DNA from: Eledone cirrhosa
Taxonomy: Eukaryota
Assembly: GCA_964016885.1 (NCBI GenBank)
Contig: OZ024742.1
Location: 33,046,001 to 33,110,000 of the forward strand
Length of the DNA stretch: 64,000 nucleotides
Reading direction: 5' to 3'
The notes under the pieces were generated by a model. That model made no database searches and was not told the origin of the DNA. It saw nothing but the letters and a program-made list of their open reading frames with translations. Position numbers and translations under genes: made by a program. Positions within the stretch are counted from its first letter, which is position 1. Each line of letters starts with the position of its first letter. Shown here piece after piece: positions 15,175 through 28,585 of this stretch.

Positions 15175-15520
15175 ATCATCATCATCATCATCATCATTTT
15201 ACGTCCACTTTTCCCTGCTTGCAAGGGTGGGACGGGAACTGATTCTGGCTTGATTTCTACAGCTGGATGCCCTTCCTAACACCAACCTTATTTACAGTGA
15301 ATGGTGGGTGCTTTTTTGCTGTGGCACCTCCACGACCACTTTGCAGTGGAATGATATGGACCCCAGTCCCTATCATCTCATTTCTACAGCTGAGTAAACT
15401 GGAGCAATGTGAAATAAAGTGTCTTGCTGAAGGACATAACACGTCACCCGGTCTGAGAATTGAACTTACAACCTTTCGATTGCAAGGCCAATGTTCTAAC
15501 CACTAAGCCATGTGCTTCCA
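15175..15520 (-). mobile_element. tRNA-headed SINE with RTE-A-derived 3' tail
   Basis: A/B boxes TGGCTTAGTGG and GTTCAATTC; CORE-like body; tail matches the RTE-A 3' UTR; second copy at 48515. Confidence 0.8.
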
Positions 15521-15654
15521 TATATATATCTTACAAGGGAGCTGGATGTTAAATGCTGATAATAATGATACAGACACACGCATATATACACATATATACG
15601 CATACATATACACACATATATACACACACATGTATATATATATATATATATATA

Positions 15655-16522
15655 TCATCAACATCAACATCATCATTTAACATCTATCTTCCACGCTAGC
15701 ATGGGTTAGACGGGAATTGTCCCACTTGAGGCAAGATTGGTCAGGTGACTGTGTCTCTCTCGTATAGGACTATCTGGCAGGTTTTCTACGGCTGGATGCC
15801 CTTCCTAACACCAACCACATTTATAGTGTGGTTGGGAGCTTTTTACCGTGTTACCTACACGGCCACATTACAGATTGGATTGTGTGTTTTTTTGTCGTGA
15901 CACCTACACGATCTCGATCTCATTATCTCATTAGTTTGGACTGGATGTTGTGGTACCAACTTTACAGTGAGATGGTGGTGTTAGTGGGAGTGGGAGGATA
16001 GGGTAGGGGTAGTGGGTTGGGGTGTATATTTGGTTAAGAGGTGCCTACTGACTGTAGGTTTCGCTTTGTACATAGGCAAGGCGGGTCTTCTGTATTACTG
16101 CGTGGCGCCAAAGATCTCGGTCAGTGACATTGTCTTAGAGAGGTGCAAGTGTGTAAGGTCGGAATCTATCAAATCGTCCCAGGTTTTTCTGGGTCTATCT
16201 ACTCTGTAGCTTCCATCAATTTTGATCGCCCTGCACTTTTTTATACAGGTGTCGTCTTTCATGCGCATCATGTCACCATACCAACATAGTCTTCTCTCAA
16301 GTAAACAACATCTGATGCCTCTTATTCCTAATTTCTCACTTAGCTCATTTATGTTTTGCCGTTCGCATATATTACTATTACACATCCAACGGAGCATGCA
16401 TGCTTCGTTACTTTCCAGTCTGCGCAGGTTCTCTGCACACAATGCCCATGTCTCACTGCCATGTAACATTGCTGTTCATATACATGCATCATACAATCTG
16501 CCTTTCATTTTTAGAGAGAAAC

Positions 16523-16525
<3 letters not shown>
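15655..16525 (-). mobile_element. Older RTE (B-related) 3' fragment
   Basis: ORF 16095-16469 MLHGSETWAL...; diverged 3' UTR; (GAT)n tail. Confidence 0.88.
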
Positions 16526-16574
<49 letters not shown>

Positions 16575-16576
<2 letters not shown>

Positions 16577-16946
16577 ATTGTTTCTACTTTTGGCACAAGG
16601 CCAGCTATTATCCCAGTGCATTACTGGTACTTTATTTTATCGACCCTATAAGGATGAAAAGCAAAGTTAACCTCAGCAGGATTTGAACCCAGAACGTAAA
16701 GGACCATAACTCTATGCTGCAAAGCATGGTGTTTGATGCTCTAATAATAATAATAATGATTTCTAGTATAGGCACAAGGTCAATAATTTGGGGGAAAGGG
16801 AAAGTCGATTAAATCGACCCAGTATGTTACTGGTGCTTTATTTTATCGACCCCACAAGGATGAAAGCAAAGTTAATCTCCCCGGGATTTGAACTCAGACT
16901 ATAAAGGGCTGTAACTCTATGCTGCAGAGCATGGTGTCTGATGCTC
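16575..16946 (-). mobile_element. Two tandem tRNA-derived SINE copies (GCCTTTCATCC...GGGTCGATAAAATAAAGTACCAG family)
   Basis: B box GAGTTCAAATC; conserved central domain resembling the MetaSINE domain (from memory); AAT tails. Confidence 0.75.
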
Positions 16947-16974
16947 TAATAATAATAATAATAATAATAATAAT

Positions 16975-17175
16975 ATAGTGCTAATGGGAACTGCCCATAT
17001 ACTAAGGAAGATTCTGTCAATATAAGTACATCACAAGTCTAAACACCTAAAGATGCATGTGTGTGTATGTATGTTCTTTCTTGAACATGGCGGACCTTGT
17101 TGTCTCTTGAGGTCACTGGTTGTGACTTGGTGATAACTCGTATGAACATAAAGCAAGATAAATGAAATAATAATA
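16975..17175 (+). mobile_element. 3' end of an R4/Dong-like LINE
   Basis: Encodes IVLMGTAHILRKILSI*, a typical R4 C-terminus; embedded in (TAA)n. Confidence 0.65.
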
Positions 17176-19468
17176 GGTTAGTGAACAAGCACACCAACAA
17201 CCTGATTTGAGTATCACAGTTGAAACTCTTAAAGGGCAGGTCAAAAAACTAACTGGAAATCACCAGGCCCAGATGGTGTGCAAGGGTATTGGATAAAAAA
17301 TATAACATCCCTCCACCCAAAACTGACAGCCATGTTCAATGACTGCTTGATGTCGGGTGAAGTACCAGAGTGGTTGACAAAAGGTACCACAGTTCTGGTA
17401 AAGAAAGACCGAATCAAGGGTAATGAGGTTACCAACTATAGGCCTATCACATGTCTGTCCGTAATGTGGAAACTGTTAACAAGCATTGTGTCTCAGGAAA
17501 TCTACTATCACCTCCACATAAACAACTTGTTACTGGACGAACAGAGAGGATGCCGAAAGAAGTCCCGTGGTACAAAAGACCAGTTACTTATTGATAAGAT
17601 GGTAATGAGGAATTTCAAGAGGAGGCATACTGGTCTTGCCATGGGATGGATAGATTACAAAAAGGCATTTGACATGGTACCTCATTCTTGGATAACCAAA
17701 AGCCTAGAGATCTTCAAGGTGGCAGACAACATCAGACAGCTATTAAGTAAAAGTATGAAGTCCTGGGAAACAGAGCTAACATCAGGTGGAGAATCCTTGG
17801 GAGGTGTGAAGATCAAGAGAGGTATCTTCCGGGGAGATAGTTTGTCCCTTTTGTTGTTTGTCCTTACCCTGATACCTCTCTCCATCATATTGCGAAAAGT
17901 GAGAGCAGGATACAAGCTGGGAAGAAGAGAGCTTACCATCAACCACCCCCTCTTCATGGACGATCTTAAACTCTTTGGGAAGAGTGAGAAGGAGTTGGAT
18001 GTACTTGTTGACACTGTCCGTATTTTCAGCAATGATATATGTATGATATTTGGTGTTAATAAGTGTGGAGTCCTAGTGATGAAGAGGGGTAAATTGAGCA
18101 GAAGCAACGGAATCCAGGTACCAACAGGTGAGATGATAAAGGAAATTGACACTGAAGAGGGATATAAATATTTAGGTGTTCTGGAGGCAGATGACATTAA
18201 GAAAAAAAAAAATGAAGGAATTGATAAGATCTGAATACATAAGGAGAGTAAGGAACATACTAAAATCACATCTAAATAGTAGGAATGTCATAAGTGCAGT
18301 AAATTCCGGAGCTGTGTCTATTATTAGGTATAGTGCGGGAATTCTGAAATGGAATGTTGCTGAACAAAAAGAAATGGATAGGACGACTAGGAAGCTAATG
18401 ACTATCTACAACATCTTCCACAAGAGGAGTGATGTTGATGGACTCTACTTAAAGAGATCTGAAGGTCAAAGAGGTCTTATCAGCATAGAGGACTGTGTTC
18501 AGATGGAGAAAAACAGGCTGCACAAATATGTGGCTGCAGTAGGAAGCCAATGCTCAAAATTGTACTGAAGGAGAAGACAATAGACCAGGGGATGTCCAAG
18601 GAAGAAATAACAACAAGGTGGAAGAGCAACCTTCATGAAAAATCCCTTCATAGCATCTTCTTTAAGAAAACGGAATTCAGAGATCCGCAGACATGGAACT
18701 GGATAAAAAGAGGAGACCTTAAAAAGGCTACAGAAGGAATGCTAATGGCTGCACAAGAGCAAGCCCTCAGAACGAAGTGGGTGAAACACCATATTGACAA
18801 GGAGGAGGCTAGCCCACTGTGCAGGATCTGTGGAGTGAGAGAGGAGACTGTGGCTCACATTGTATCCGAGTGTAAACACCTAGCCCAGACTCACTGTAAA
18901 AGCTGGAGACATGATATGATAGGCAGGGTGATTCACTGGCATCTATGCAAACTGAATAATTTACCACATTCTGAGAAGTGGTATGAGCATAAGCCAGAGT
19001 CGGTGATAGAAAACGATCAAGTGAAGGTGCTGTGGGATTTTAGGATACAGACGGACAAGAAATTAGAACACAATAGGCCTGACCTGGTGGTTTTTGACAC
19101 GGAAAAAAGATTGTACCTGATTGTAGATGTGGCCTGCCCATTTGACATGAGAGTGCAAGAAAAGGAGAGGGAGAAAATTAATCGATACCAGGATTTAAAG
19201 TGGGAGTTAAAAAGGATTTGGAACTGCCATGAAATCAAGGTTGTCCCCATTGTCATAGGCGCACTAGGTACTATCTCAAAGAGTTTCCAAGGATGGTTAA
19301 AGAATATTAGTCCAGCCCCTTTTTTGGAACACTTCAAAAGGAATGCTTGCTGGGAACAACAAGAACCCTCCAATACGTCCTGAATGTCTGAGGCTGCAGG
19401 TAGCGGCTTGATAATCATTTCAACAAACTTTCCAGTTATATAACATCAATGACTGAGACTCAAAGAAC

Positions 19469-19500
<32 letters not shown>
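17176..19500 (+). mobile_element. R4/Dong-clade RLE-type non-LTR retrotransposon, 5'-truncated, frameshifted
   Basis: RT (WIDYKKAFD, FMDD); CCHC knuckle CRIC..HIVSEC; RHD; RPD..D..EK..Y restriction-like endonuclease; (TAA)n on both sides. Confidence 0.9.
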
Positions 19501-19503
<3 letters not shown>

Positions 19504-19803
19504 TTTCTGCTTTAGGCACAAGGCCAACTATTTTTGGGGAGGGAAAAGTCGATTAAATCAATCCCACTGTATTACCAGTACTTTATTTTATCGACCCCTA
19601 ATGAATAATAATAATAATAATAATTGTTTCTACTTTTGGCACAAGGCCAGTAATTACCTAGTACATTACTGGTACTTTATTTTATCGACCTCGTAAGGAT
19701 GAGAGGCAAAGTTAACCTTGGCGAGATTTGAACTCAGATCGTAAAGGGACGTAACTGTGCTGGAAAGCATGTCTGACCCTCTACCGATACTGCCAATTCA
19801 CCA
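19500..19803 (-). mobile_element. Tandem SINE copies (Meta-like family)
   Basis: Same central motif as 16575-16946, separated by (TAA)n. Confidence 0.75.
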
Positions 19804-20152
19804 ATAATAATAGTTATAAGGCAGTGACTTGGCAGAATTAAGGTGGTGGATAGAATATTTTGTAGAATTTGTTCCAGTTTTCTATGTTCTCAGTTCATAT
19901 CCCATCAAGGTCAACATTGATAAAATAAAGTCACCCCCTATTGCAGTGTATTGATGTTATTGTCTTGAGTACGTGGAACTTTCCATTCTGAGTTGAAGTT
20001 CTGCCTAGGGATTCAAAACCCACCAACGGCCAGATTTAATCACTCATCCATGGGATTACAACATATTATGAAAGCTGCAATGTGTGAAGGAAGTATTATG
20101 GTAATCTGCTATTGTACTTAGATGATGATGATGATTATATATATATATATAA

Positions 20153-20455
20153 TCATCATCATGCTCATTGTTTAATGTGTATCTTCTATGCTAGCATGGG
20201 TTAGACGGGTTTGTCCCACTTGAGGCAAGTTTGGTTGGGTGACCATGTCTCGTTCATATAGAACTGTTTCTGGCAGGTTTTCTACGGCTGGATGCCAACC
20301 ACATTTACAGTGTGGACTGGGTGCTTTTTACCATGTCTCCTACACGACCACTTTTCAGTGTGGACTGGGTGCTTTTAATCATGACACCTACATGACCACT
20401 TTTGTGTGGGCTGTATGTTTTGTGGTACCAACATAACTTTACAGAGAAAGGGTGA
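20153..20455 (-). mobile_element. Old RTE 3' UTR fragment
   Basis: GCTAGCATGGGTTAGACGGG and CCACACTGTAAA modules; CAT tail. Confidence 0.7.
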
Positions 20456-20968
20456 TGTGTCTGTTTTCCCTGCTAACAAGATACTGTTATACAGTCAATT
20501 TCATAATGGTGCATGTCCATGTAGGCAGACCATTACTCAGATATAAAGACAATTGAGGTACAATCTTAAATCTGTGAACATACCTCTCACTTCTTTTGAA
20601 GGCCTAACTGCTGACTGTGGAAAATGGGGAACTGTCTGCCGTGAAGGTATAAAGAATTTTGAAAAATCTCGTCTGTTCCATCTTTGTGATCTAAGATCTA
20701 ATACCAAGATCAGATCAAATATTCCATTCTGCTCCACTCAAAATCCTGTTATCTGCACTAAATGTAGATCTATGTGTGAATGTGAATCAGTAGCTGGACT
20801 AAAGAGCCATTTAAGACATAGCCATAAAAAATTGAACCAAAAAGACTTGAACAAACAACGACGAGAGAGTCCATCATATATATTGTATTATTAATTGTAT
20901 ATAGTGGGTTTTCAACTTCTATTTCTGATGCTAATCTCAAATATTACTGAGAAACTAATAAAGAACTC

Positions 20969-21404
20969 TTAACCCTTTAACATTTACATTGCTCTATATT
21001 TACTATTATATTTCCACTGTAATAGCTTTACCTCATGTAATTATCTCACATAATATCGAATCTATGAGATTTTGATATTATTTATTTTGAGAACAATACT
21101 TTAACATCAGTATGAGTGGCTGGTTATAGCCAGTTTGAACAGAATGAAGTGAGAGGATTCTGGCCGGATATGGCTGGTTTAACCTTTAGCATTCACATTA
21201 CTCTATATATACTATTATATTTTCATGGTAAAGGCATTACCTCGCATAATATCTCAAATAATATCGAATCTATGAGATTTTGAAAGTATTTATTTTGAGA
21301 ACAATACCTTAACATCAGTTTGAGCGACCAGTTACAGCCAGTTTCAACAGAAAGAGGTAGAGAATTCTGGCCGGTTTTGGCCAGTTTGAACATTAAAGGG
21401 TTAA
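20969..21404. mobile_element. piggyBac-like MITE, tandem dimer
   Basis: TTAA|CCCTTTAA ... TTAAAGGG|TTAA ends; ~210-bp internal duplication restarting at ~21179. Confidence 0.7.
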
Positions 21405-21639
21405 ACTTGATAATAGAAAAATGTCCTTTATATATAAATACATATAAATATATATATATTTATACACACACACACACACACACATATAAACACTAACTCA
21501 TAAAACTACAACATACCAAAGTTTACAAGATCATGAAGAATGTAAGGAAGCATTCTCAAACTTTATTGACAAACCATGTAGAACAACTTTTTGGTCACGG
21601 TTATCCAAAATTATTGAACCCTTTGGCTTCACATGTAGT

Positions 21640-21825
21640 AGGTGTTTGGCAGTATAAGGAGAGCATCAGACGCCATGCTTTGCAGCATAGAGTTATGGCC
21701 CTTTACGTTCTGAGTTCAAATCCCGCCAAGGTTAACTTTGCCTTTCACCCTTACGGGGTCGATAAAATAAAGCACCAGTAATGCACTGGGTTAATTGCTG
21801 TCTTTGTGCCAAAAGTAGCAACAAT
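21640..21825 (+). mobile_element. SINE (Meta-like family)
   Basis: GAGTTCAAATCCCGCC...GCCTTTCACCCTTACGGGGTCGATAAAATAAAGCACCAG. Confidence 0.8.
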
Positions 21826-22661
21826 ACTAGTGATTGTGAACTTGAAAGAGCTAGTTAGCTAGGATAATACCTGCAGTAATTTTATATAGTAGGTATTATA
21901 TTAGCAGCAGTGAATGTGAAAGAGTGAGCTAGTACATATTACAGTGTAATACCTATATTAATTGTATGTAGTTTTAAATAATTGGTGCATGATAGAAAGT
22001 ACCTGGTATGCCCTGTTAGATGGGAGTGTTGGTGATATAATAAAATCTTTTTAGTACACATTGTTAAGTGGTTGGTGTTAGGAATGGGGACCAGCTGTAG
22101 AAACTGCCAAAAATTGGGCATATGAGCACGACATGGTCACCAGATCAGTCTAACTTGAAAACATGACAACCTGCCTAACCTATGCAAGTGTGGAAAATAG
22201 ATATTGAATGTTGATGATGATGATAATAGCAACATGTGGACTTGAAAGAGTCAGCTAGTATGTATAGCAAATGGTATTACTTATATTAGTTTTAGGTAGT
22301 AAGAATAAAATACGAAGTAGCAACAGCTGTGAACTTGAAAGAGGTAGTTAGTACATATTACACAACGTAAAACCAAGAATAACTGTATGTAGTTAGTATT
22401 ACATTGTATCATTAGCAACAGTTGACTTGCAAGAACTAGCCCATTGATATATTAAAATATAAAATCTGTCTATGCACCCATTACAACAGCACATCACTAT
22501 GAAAAGCAGAAGCTGTGAAAGGGTTAAATCACTGACAAAAGAAATGTATATGTAGTAACCATTAATAATTCTATCAACAGATGTGAACATGGTTCAATGA
22601 ATATTTGTGGTTTATTCTTGTTGCTTGTTTTGTTACTTGCTGTCTGGACTGAAAGACAACT

Positions 22662-22909
22662 TTAACCCTTTCATTACTATTTTTCCTAATGAAAGACATT
22701 GCTTATAATTTTCAAATCCTTTCAAAAATAATAAAATTTAAAGGTATTTGGTAATCTAACTAACTTCATCATTATTAAGCTGATGGTTGGAGCATAACTT
22801 AACAAAGGTTCTTACATAGAATTATGATGGAAGGTTTTTAGATAAATATAAACACTTTAAAATAAATAGTTTTGTATTGTAGAAACAGAAACTGGTATCA
22901 AAAGGTTAA
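22662..22909. mobile_element. piggyBac-like MITE
   Basis: TTAACCCTTT ... AAAAGGTTAA ends; resembles 37650-37884. Confidence 0.55.
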
Positions 22910-24582
22910 ATCAAAGTCTGTCATATGCAAAGCTGTTTTGACAGATATTTCTCTGCTTCAAGTTATATATTGACACTGTGAAACTTAATACAAAATACAC
23001 AATATTTCAATAAGGGTTTCATTAAAGAGTCATTGATGCTACAAATTGGCAGAAGCATTAGAGCATTTGATAAAATGCCTTGTGGTATATATTTTGGCTC
23101 CTTCTATTCTAAGTTCAACTTTGTCTTTCATTCTTCCAGGGTTGATAGAATAAGTAACCAGGCATGTACTGAGGTTAATGTAATTGATTAATTCCTCCCC
23201 CGTATTTCTGACAGTGTGCCTGTATAAGAAATTATGACTAATGTATACAGTTCCATAAACACGTAAAAGACATACATCATCATTTTACATCCATTTTCTA
23301 TGCTGGCATGGGTTGGATGGTTCTTCATGGTCCAAGAGTAGACAGGTTGGAGAACTACATGTTGCTCATACAATCCATATTTTGGCATGATTTCTATGGC
23401 TGGATGCCCTTCCAGACACCAACTACTTTACAGAGTTTATTTATACATGTATAAAACTGATTAAGAAACAAATAAACCGGCACTCATCAGTCATGATTGA
23501 TCATAAGGTTGCACCAGGTAAGTTCATCTCCAAGACATGAAGCAAGGTAAGGTGTTTTGTGGGAGATCAGCATTCATTCACACATGCTTGTTTCCTCTCC
23601 ACATCTCTCTATGCCACTAATGTTGCCCAAAGGAAAGGCAAAAACTGATTCAATTTGGCACTAATGTCATCGCAACTCATTTTTTATAGCTGGGTGAACT
23701 GGAAAAATGTGAAATAAAGTGTGTTGTTCATGACAGTTGTCCAGTCAGGAAATCAAATTTATGACTACAATTGCGAGTCCAACCACTCTAACCACTAGGC
23801 CATAAAACTCCTTCACTAAGTAACAAATATTGAAGCCAGAACAAAACTATAAGTAGAGGAATAGAGAGGACAGAAGAAAAAGATAGAAAAAAAGTCCCCT
23901 ACTCCAACCCCCAAAAAGTATGAATGTTTTCATGAACTTATTTGAATAAATATGATTGCAGAAAGTAATTACAGAGATAAAAATATATCAGTTGAACAGC
24001 TTAGTCGGCAGACATCGATGGACTTATGGGAGAGGAGTTTGGCTGCACTAACATAAATAATTTTTAGTAGAGAGATCAACAAGATCAACAACAGTACTGA
24101 TGTGGGGGAAGAGTTACCTAAATTAGAAGGACTATAAACAGATGATGAAATAGATGGACACAAACATGATAGGCCGCGTGTATGTGCGTAAATGTATGTT
24201 TGTACATATATATGTACATACATACACATAAGCACAGGTATGGCTATGAGGTTAACAAGTTCACTCAACAACCATGTGGCCTTGGGTTTAATTCCACAGT
24301 GTGACACCCTGGGCATGTACCTTTTACTATAGCTTCACGTTGACCAATGCCTTGTGAATGGAATTTGGTAGATGGAAACTATGAAGATGCATATTGTACA
24401 CTCACATCACCATCATCATCATTTAACGTCTATTCTCCACGCTAGCAAGGGTTAGATGGGTTTGTCCCATTAGAGGCAAGGTGTCTCGCTCATATAGGAT
24501 TGTTTCTGGCTGGATGCCCTAGCTTTTCCCAGAACACGACAATCTGTCCAAGCCATGTTAGCATGATACACAGACATATAAT

Positions 24583-24803
24583 AATTGTTTCTACAGTTGA
24601 CACAAGGCCAGCAATTGGAAGGGGAAGGGGAAAATCGAACAAATTGACCCCAGTGCATTACTGGTACTTTATTTTATCGACCCCGTAAGGATGAAAGGCA
24701 AAGTTAACCTTGGCGGGATTTGAACTCAGAATGTAAAGGGTCATAACTAAATACTGCAAAGCATTTTCTCCGCTGCTCTACCGATTCGACCAATCCACTG
24801 CCC
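24583..24803 (-). mobile_element. SINE (Meta-like family), full length
   Basis: tRNA-like head, central domain and AAT tail. Confidence 0.8.
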
Positions 24804-24865
24804 TACACAGACATATAATAATGACATATATAAATCTTCTAGGAAGATGAAATTGGTAGCCAGTA

Positions 24866-24935
24866 GCTCTTTAGTGTAGTGGTTAACACACTTGCCCAGT
24901 ATCGAAGAGATGTGGTGTTCAATTCCTCATGGGCA
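24866..24935 (+). pseudogene. tRNA-like sequence / SINE head
   Basis: A box TAGTGTAGTGG and B box GTTCAATTCC at tRNA-like spacing; no clean cloverleaf. Confidence 0.45.
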
Positions 24936-25244
24936 CTTCTGTCAACTTTATCAAACTTCCAGGGGTGTTTACCCGATTTTCTCAACAATGATTTAAAGTG
25001 ATTGACTATTGTTGTCATTTGCATTGGGACACACATATTTCGGATATATACATATCTATATTAGTAGTGTTGAATGATACCATAGAACAGATGAAGGAAA
25101 CAGAGTGCTCTATGTAATAGAACTCAGCACGTGAAAGTTTTAGTCTGTGTGATGATGGGCAGATCTGGAGGTTTGTTAAGGCTGGTGAAACGTGGAAGAG
25201 AGATACCAGCTGGTCTGAGTGTGCTCTACCTACAATAACTGGCA

Positions 25245-28232
25245 ATGAAAAAACTGCAACAACTCTGGGAAACTAAACCAGAACAACCTGCCACCTTTAC
25301 ACACCATCATAAACTGCAAGCAGGGTACAAATTGTTGTCCTTAAATGCTCGCAGTTTATGCAACAAGATACATCTGTTTGACTCCTACGTCAGAAGCATC
25401 GACCCTGACTTCATCAGTCACGGAAACATGGGCACATTCCTTACTCTGTGATGGGGTTTTCAGCATTACTGGGTACAACCTTTTCCGCAAGGACCGCATT
25501 AATCGCTGTGGTGGTGGTGTGATGGTCTACGTTCGTTCAAACTTTTCAGTAATTCCTTGCGTTGATTTGAACGAATCACAAGAAGAAGTTTTTTTTTGTG
25601 ACATACATATGACCATGTCAACACTTCTGCTTGGTGTTGTTTATCGCCCCCCAAACTACCATCAGGACACACAGCTTTGCGATATCCTCAGAGTTGCTGC
25701 CAAGAAAACAGCCACTTATGTGTTTATTGCAGGTGACTTCAATCATCCTGAGATCGATTGGGAAACCTTTCGTTGGCCACAAGGTGCAAACGATTTCCTT
25801 GAACTAGTGCTGGACTCAAACTGGTCACAAGTGGTCACCTCTCCAACAAGAGGTGACAACACTTTGGACCTGATCTTCATCACTACTCCTGAAGTGGTTA
25901 TCAGTTGTACTACTGAGGAACTTCTAGGCGACTCTGATCATGCTATGATCATTGCCAATCTGGCTCTTGCGGGCAGCAACAAAAACCAGAGCCATCTCCA
26001 ATCTGCTTGCTTTGATTGGAAGAAAGCAGATTGGAACTTGTACTGCACTGAGCTACAGCGCCCAAACTGGCATGAGATGTATAACTCTGGAGATGTGAAC
26101 ACTATACTCCAGAGCATCCTGGACTCAATATGGATAGCGTGTGCAGCATCGGTGCCACGTAAGCAGAAAAAAAACCACCCCAAAAGTGCAATTTGGGAAA
26201 CTTCAGCGGTCCGACTTGCCAGGAAAGAACGTCGGAACGCTGAACGGGAATATAAACTGCATAAATCAGATGCCAACAGAAAAAAGCGGAATAAATCTTC
26301 TAACCATCTCAAGCAAGTGACAAAGAAGGCAATGCTTGAATTTGAACAGTGCATAGCAACCAATCTTGACAGTAAGGTGTTCTGGAAATATGTTCATTCA
26401 AAGCAGAGACCTCACTCTCCAGTTGCTCTTCTTCGCAATCCCCACACAAGCCAGATCACTGACGATCCCAAAGAATGCGCAGAACTTATTGCTGAGTGCT
26501 ATGCAAGTATTTTTACTGTTGAAAACCAGAATGTACCATCTCCACCATCTCTAACATCAAATTGCATAACAACTATGGAATTTACACCTGCAATGTTGCG
26601 ATGTCACCTTAAGAATAAGCGCAACTATGCCTCCCCTGGTCTTGATGGTGTTACATACCTGCTTCTCAAACGTGGCGGGTATTTCCTTTTGCGCCAGCTT
26701 TCTTTCTTCTTTCAATACTGTCTCAACAATGGTGCTACTCCGGAGCAGTGGAAAACTGCCAGTGTCATTCCCCTGTTCAAAAAGGGCAACCGCATGTCAC
26801 CTGTCAACTATCGTCCAGTCAGTCTTACTAGCTGTATGGCCAAACTGAGGGAATCCTGTGTCAGAGAAACACTTTGGAACTTCTGGAGCTCTCACAGCCT
26901 CAACCGGCCCTCACAGTTTGGATTTATCCCTAACTCCAGCTGCTGTGATCAGCTTATCGATTTCCTTGAAGACATCACCCGGATCATTGACAGCGGTTCA
27001 TGGGTGGATGTTGTTTACCTTGACTTTGCTAAGGCTTTTAATTCTGTGCCACACAAAAGACTTATGGCAAAACTCTCTGCAATGGGTGTGAGGGATGATC
27101 TTTTCGACTGGTTGAAATCCTTCATTCTCAGCCGAAAAGAGGTAGTCACGGTTCTAGGACAGCATTCTTCACCATATGAGATGTCATCTGGTGTACCACA
27201 GGGATCTGTTCTTGGTCCCCTTTTGTTTGTGGCGTATATTAATGACATAGATGCCAACTTACAGAATGCCATGGTACTGAAATATGCAGATGACATCAAG
27301 CTGTACCTTGAAATCAAAAGGACTGATTCTGAAATCTACAACTCTTTCCTACAATCAGACCTGGACACAATGCAGCAATGGATCACAGACTGGCAACTGA
27401 AGCTGGCTGGTGAACAAGTGTACCACCATGTATTTTGGGAGGAAAAATCCAGCGTCCACATACTCCCTCCACAACACTGATATCAAAAAGTCCTCTTGTG
27501 AACGTGACCTGGGCATTACTGTTAGCAGCGATTTGCGTTGGACAAAGCATGTCTCTAAGATTGTCAAGAAGGCCGAGGGTGTCTTGGAATCACTCAGCAA
27601 GACCTTTGTTAGCCGCTCTCCAGCCATCTATTTAAAACTGTATACAGCTATGGTACGGCCACACTTGGAATTCGCATCATCAGTCTGGAACCCCTATCTT
27701 GCTCAGAACATTGACCGCCTGGAAACTGTTCAGAGACGTGCAACCAAGCGCATACCCTCCATCAGACACCTACCATACTCTGAACGCCTTGCTTCCCTAG
27801 GCATGGATTCATTGAAGCTCCAACGTCTGGCAATGGACTTGGTAAATACCCACAAAGTTATTAACCATCTCGCCAACAACAACCCTGAGCACCTTTTTGA
27901 TCTCCATGTGTCTAACACACGTGGACATGCCTACAAAATCAGAAAACAGCACAGCTCCCATGACTTTCGTAAACATTTTTTCACGCTTAGAGTTGCTGAA
28001 GCATGGAACAAACTGCCTGCATCAGTTGTTAGCTGCCGAAACACTGCATCCTTTAAGACACTCATGCTTCCCGAAATACACCAAAACTACACCTGATGTA
28101 CCCCTTCCATACACATGCACACATGTGTATATCATGACTCATGCACTGTTCATTTTCCTGACGTTTGTACATTACCCTATGTACTATACATACACTTTTT
28201 GATGAGTTGTAGTGCACCTGAGCACTGTACAC
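25245..28232 (+). mobile_element. CR1-clade LINE ORF2 (APE + RT), two frameshifts
   Basis: LNARSL, VYRPP, GDFN, LDL, SDH (APE); YLDFAKAFNSVPH, YADD (RT); C-terminal RKHFFTLRVAEAWNKLP. Confidence 0.92.
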
Positions 28233-28430
28233 AGTGGATTGGCAGATATGGTAGAGGGTCGGACGCCATGCTTTGAAGCATAGAGTTACCTCCCTTTATG
28301 ATCTGAGTTCAAATCCCGCCGAGGTTAACTTTGCCTTTCATTCTTATAGGGTCGATAAAATAAAATACCAGTAATACACTGGAATAATTCCTGGCCTTGT
28401 GCCAAAAGTAGTAACAATTATTATTATTAT
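28233..28430 (+). mobile_element. SINE (Meta-like family) at the CR1 3' end
   Basis: GGATTGGCAG head, B box, central domain, ATT tail. Confidence 0.8.
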
Positions 28431-28585
28431 ATTATAGTATAATTGTGTTCAACATGAATATGTGTTAAATACAACTATACTATTATATATATATATATAT
28501 ATCAGAATTTTTTCATTCTTAAGTAAGTTTTATTATTTGCTATCTGATTTCCCCCTAGAAATGCATCTATATATATATATGTATA

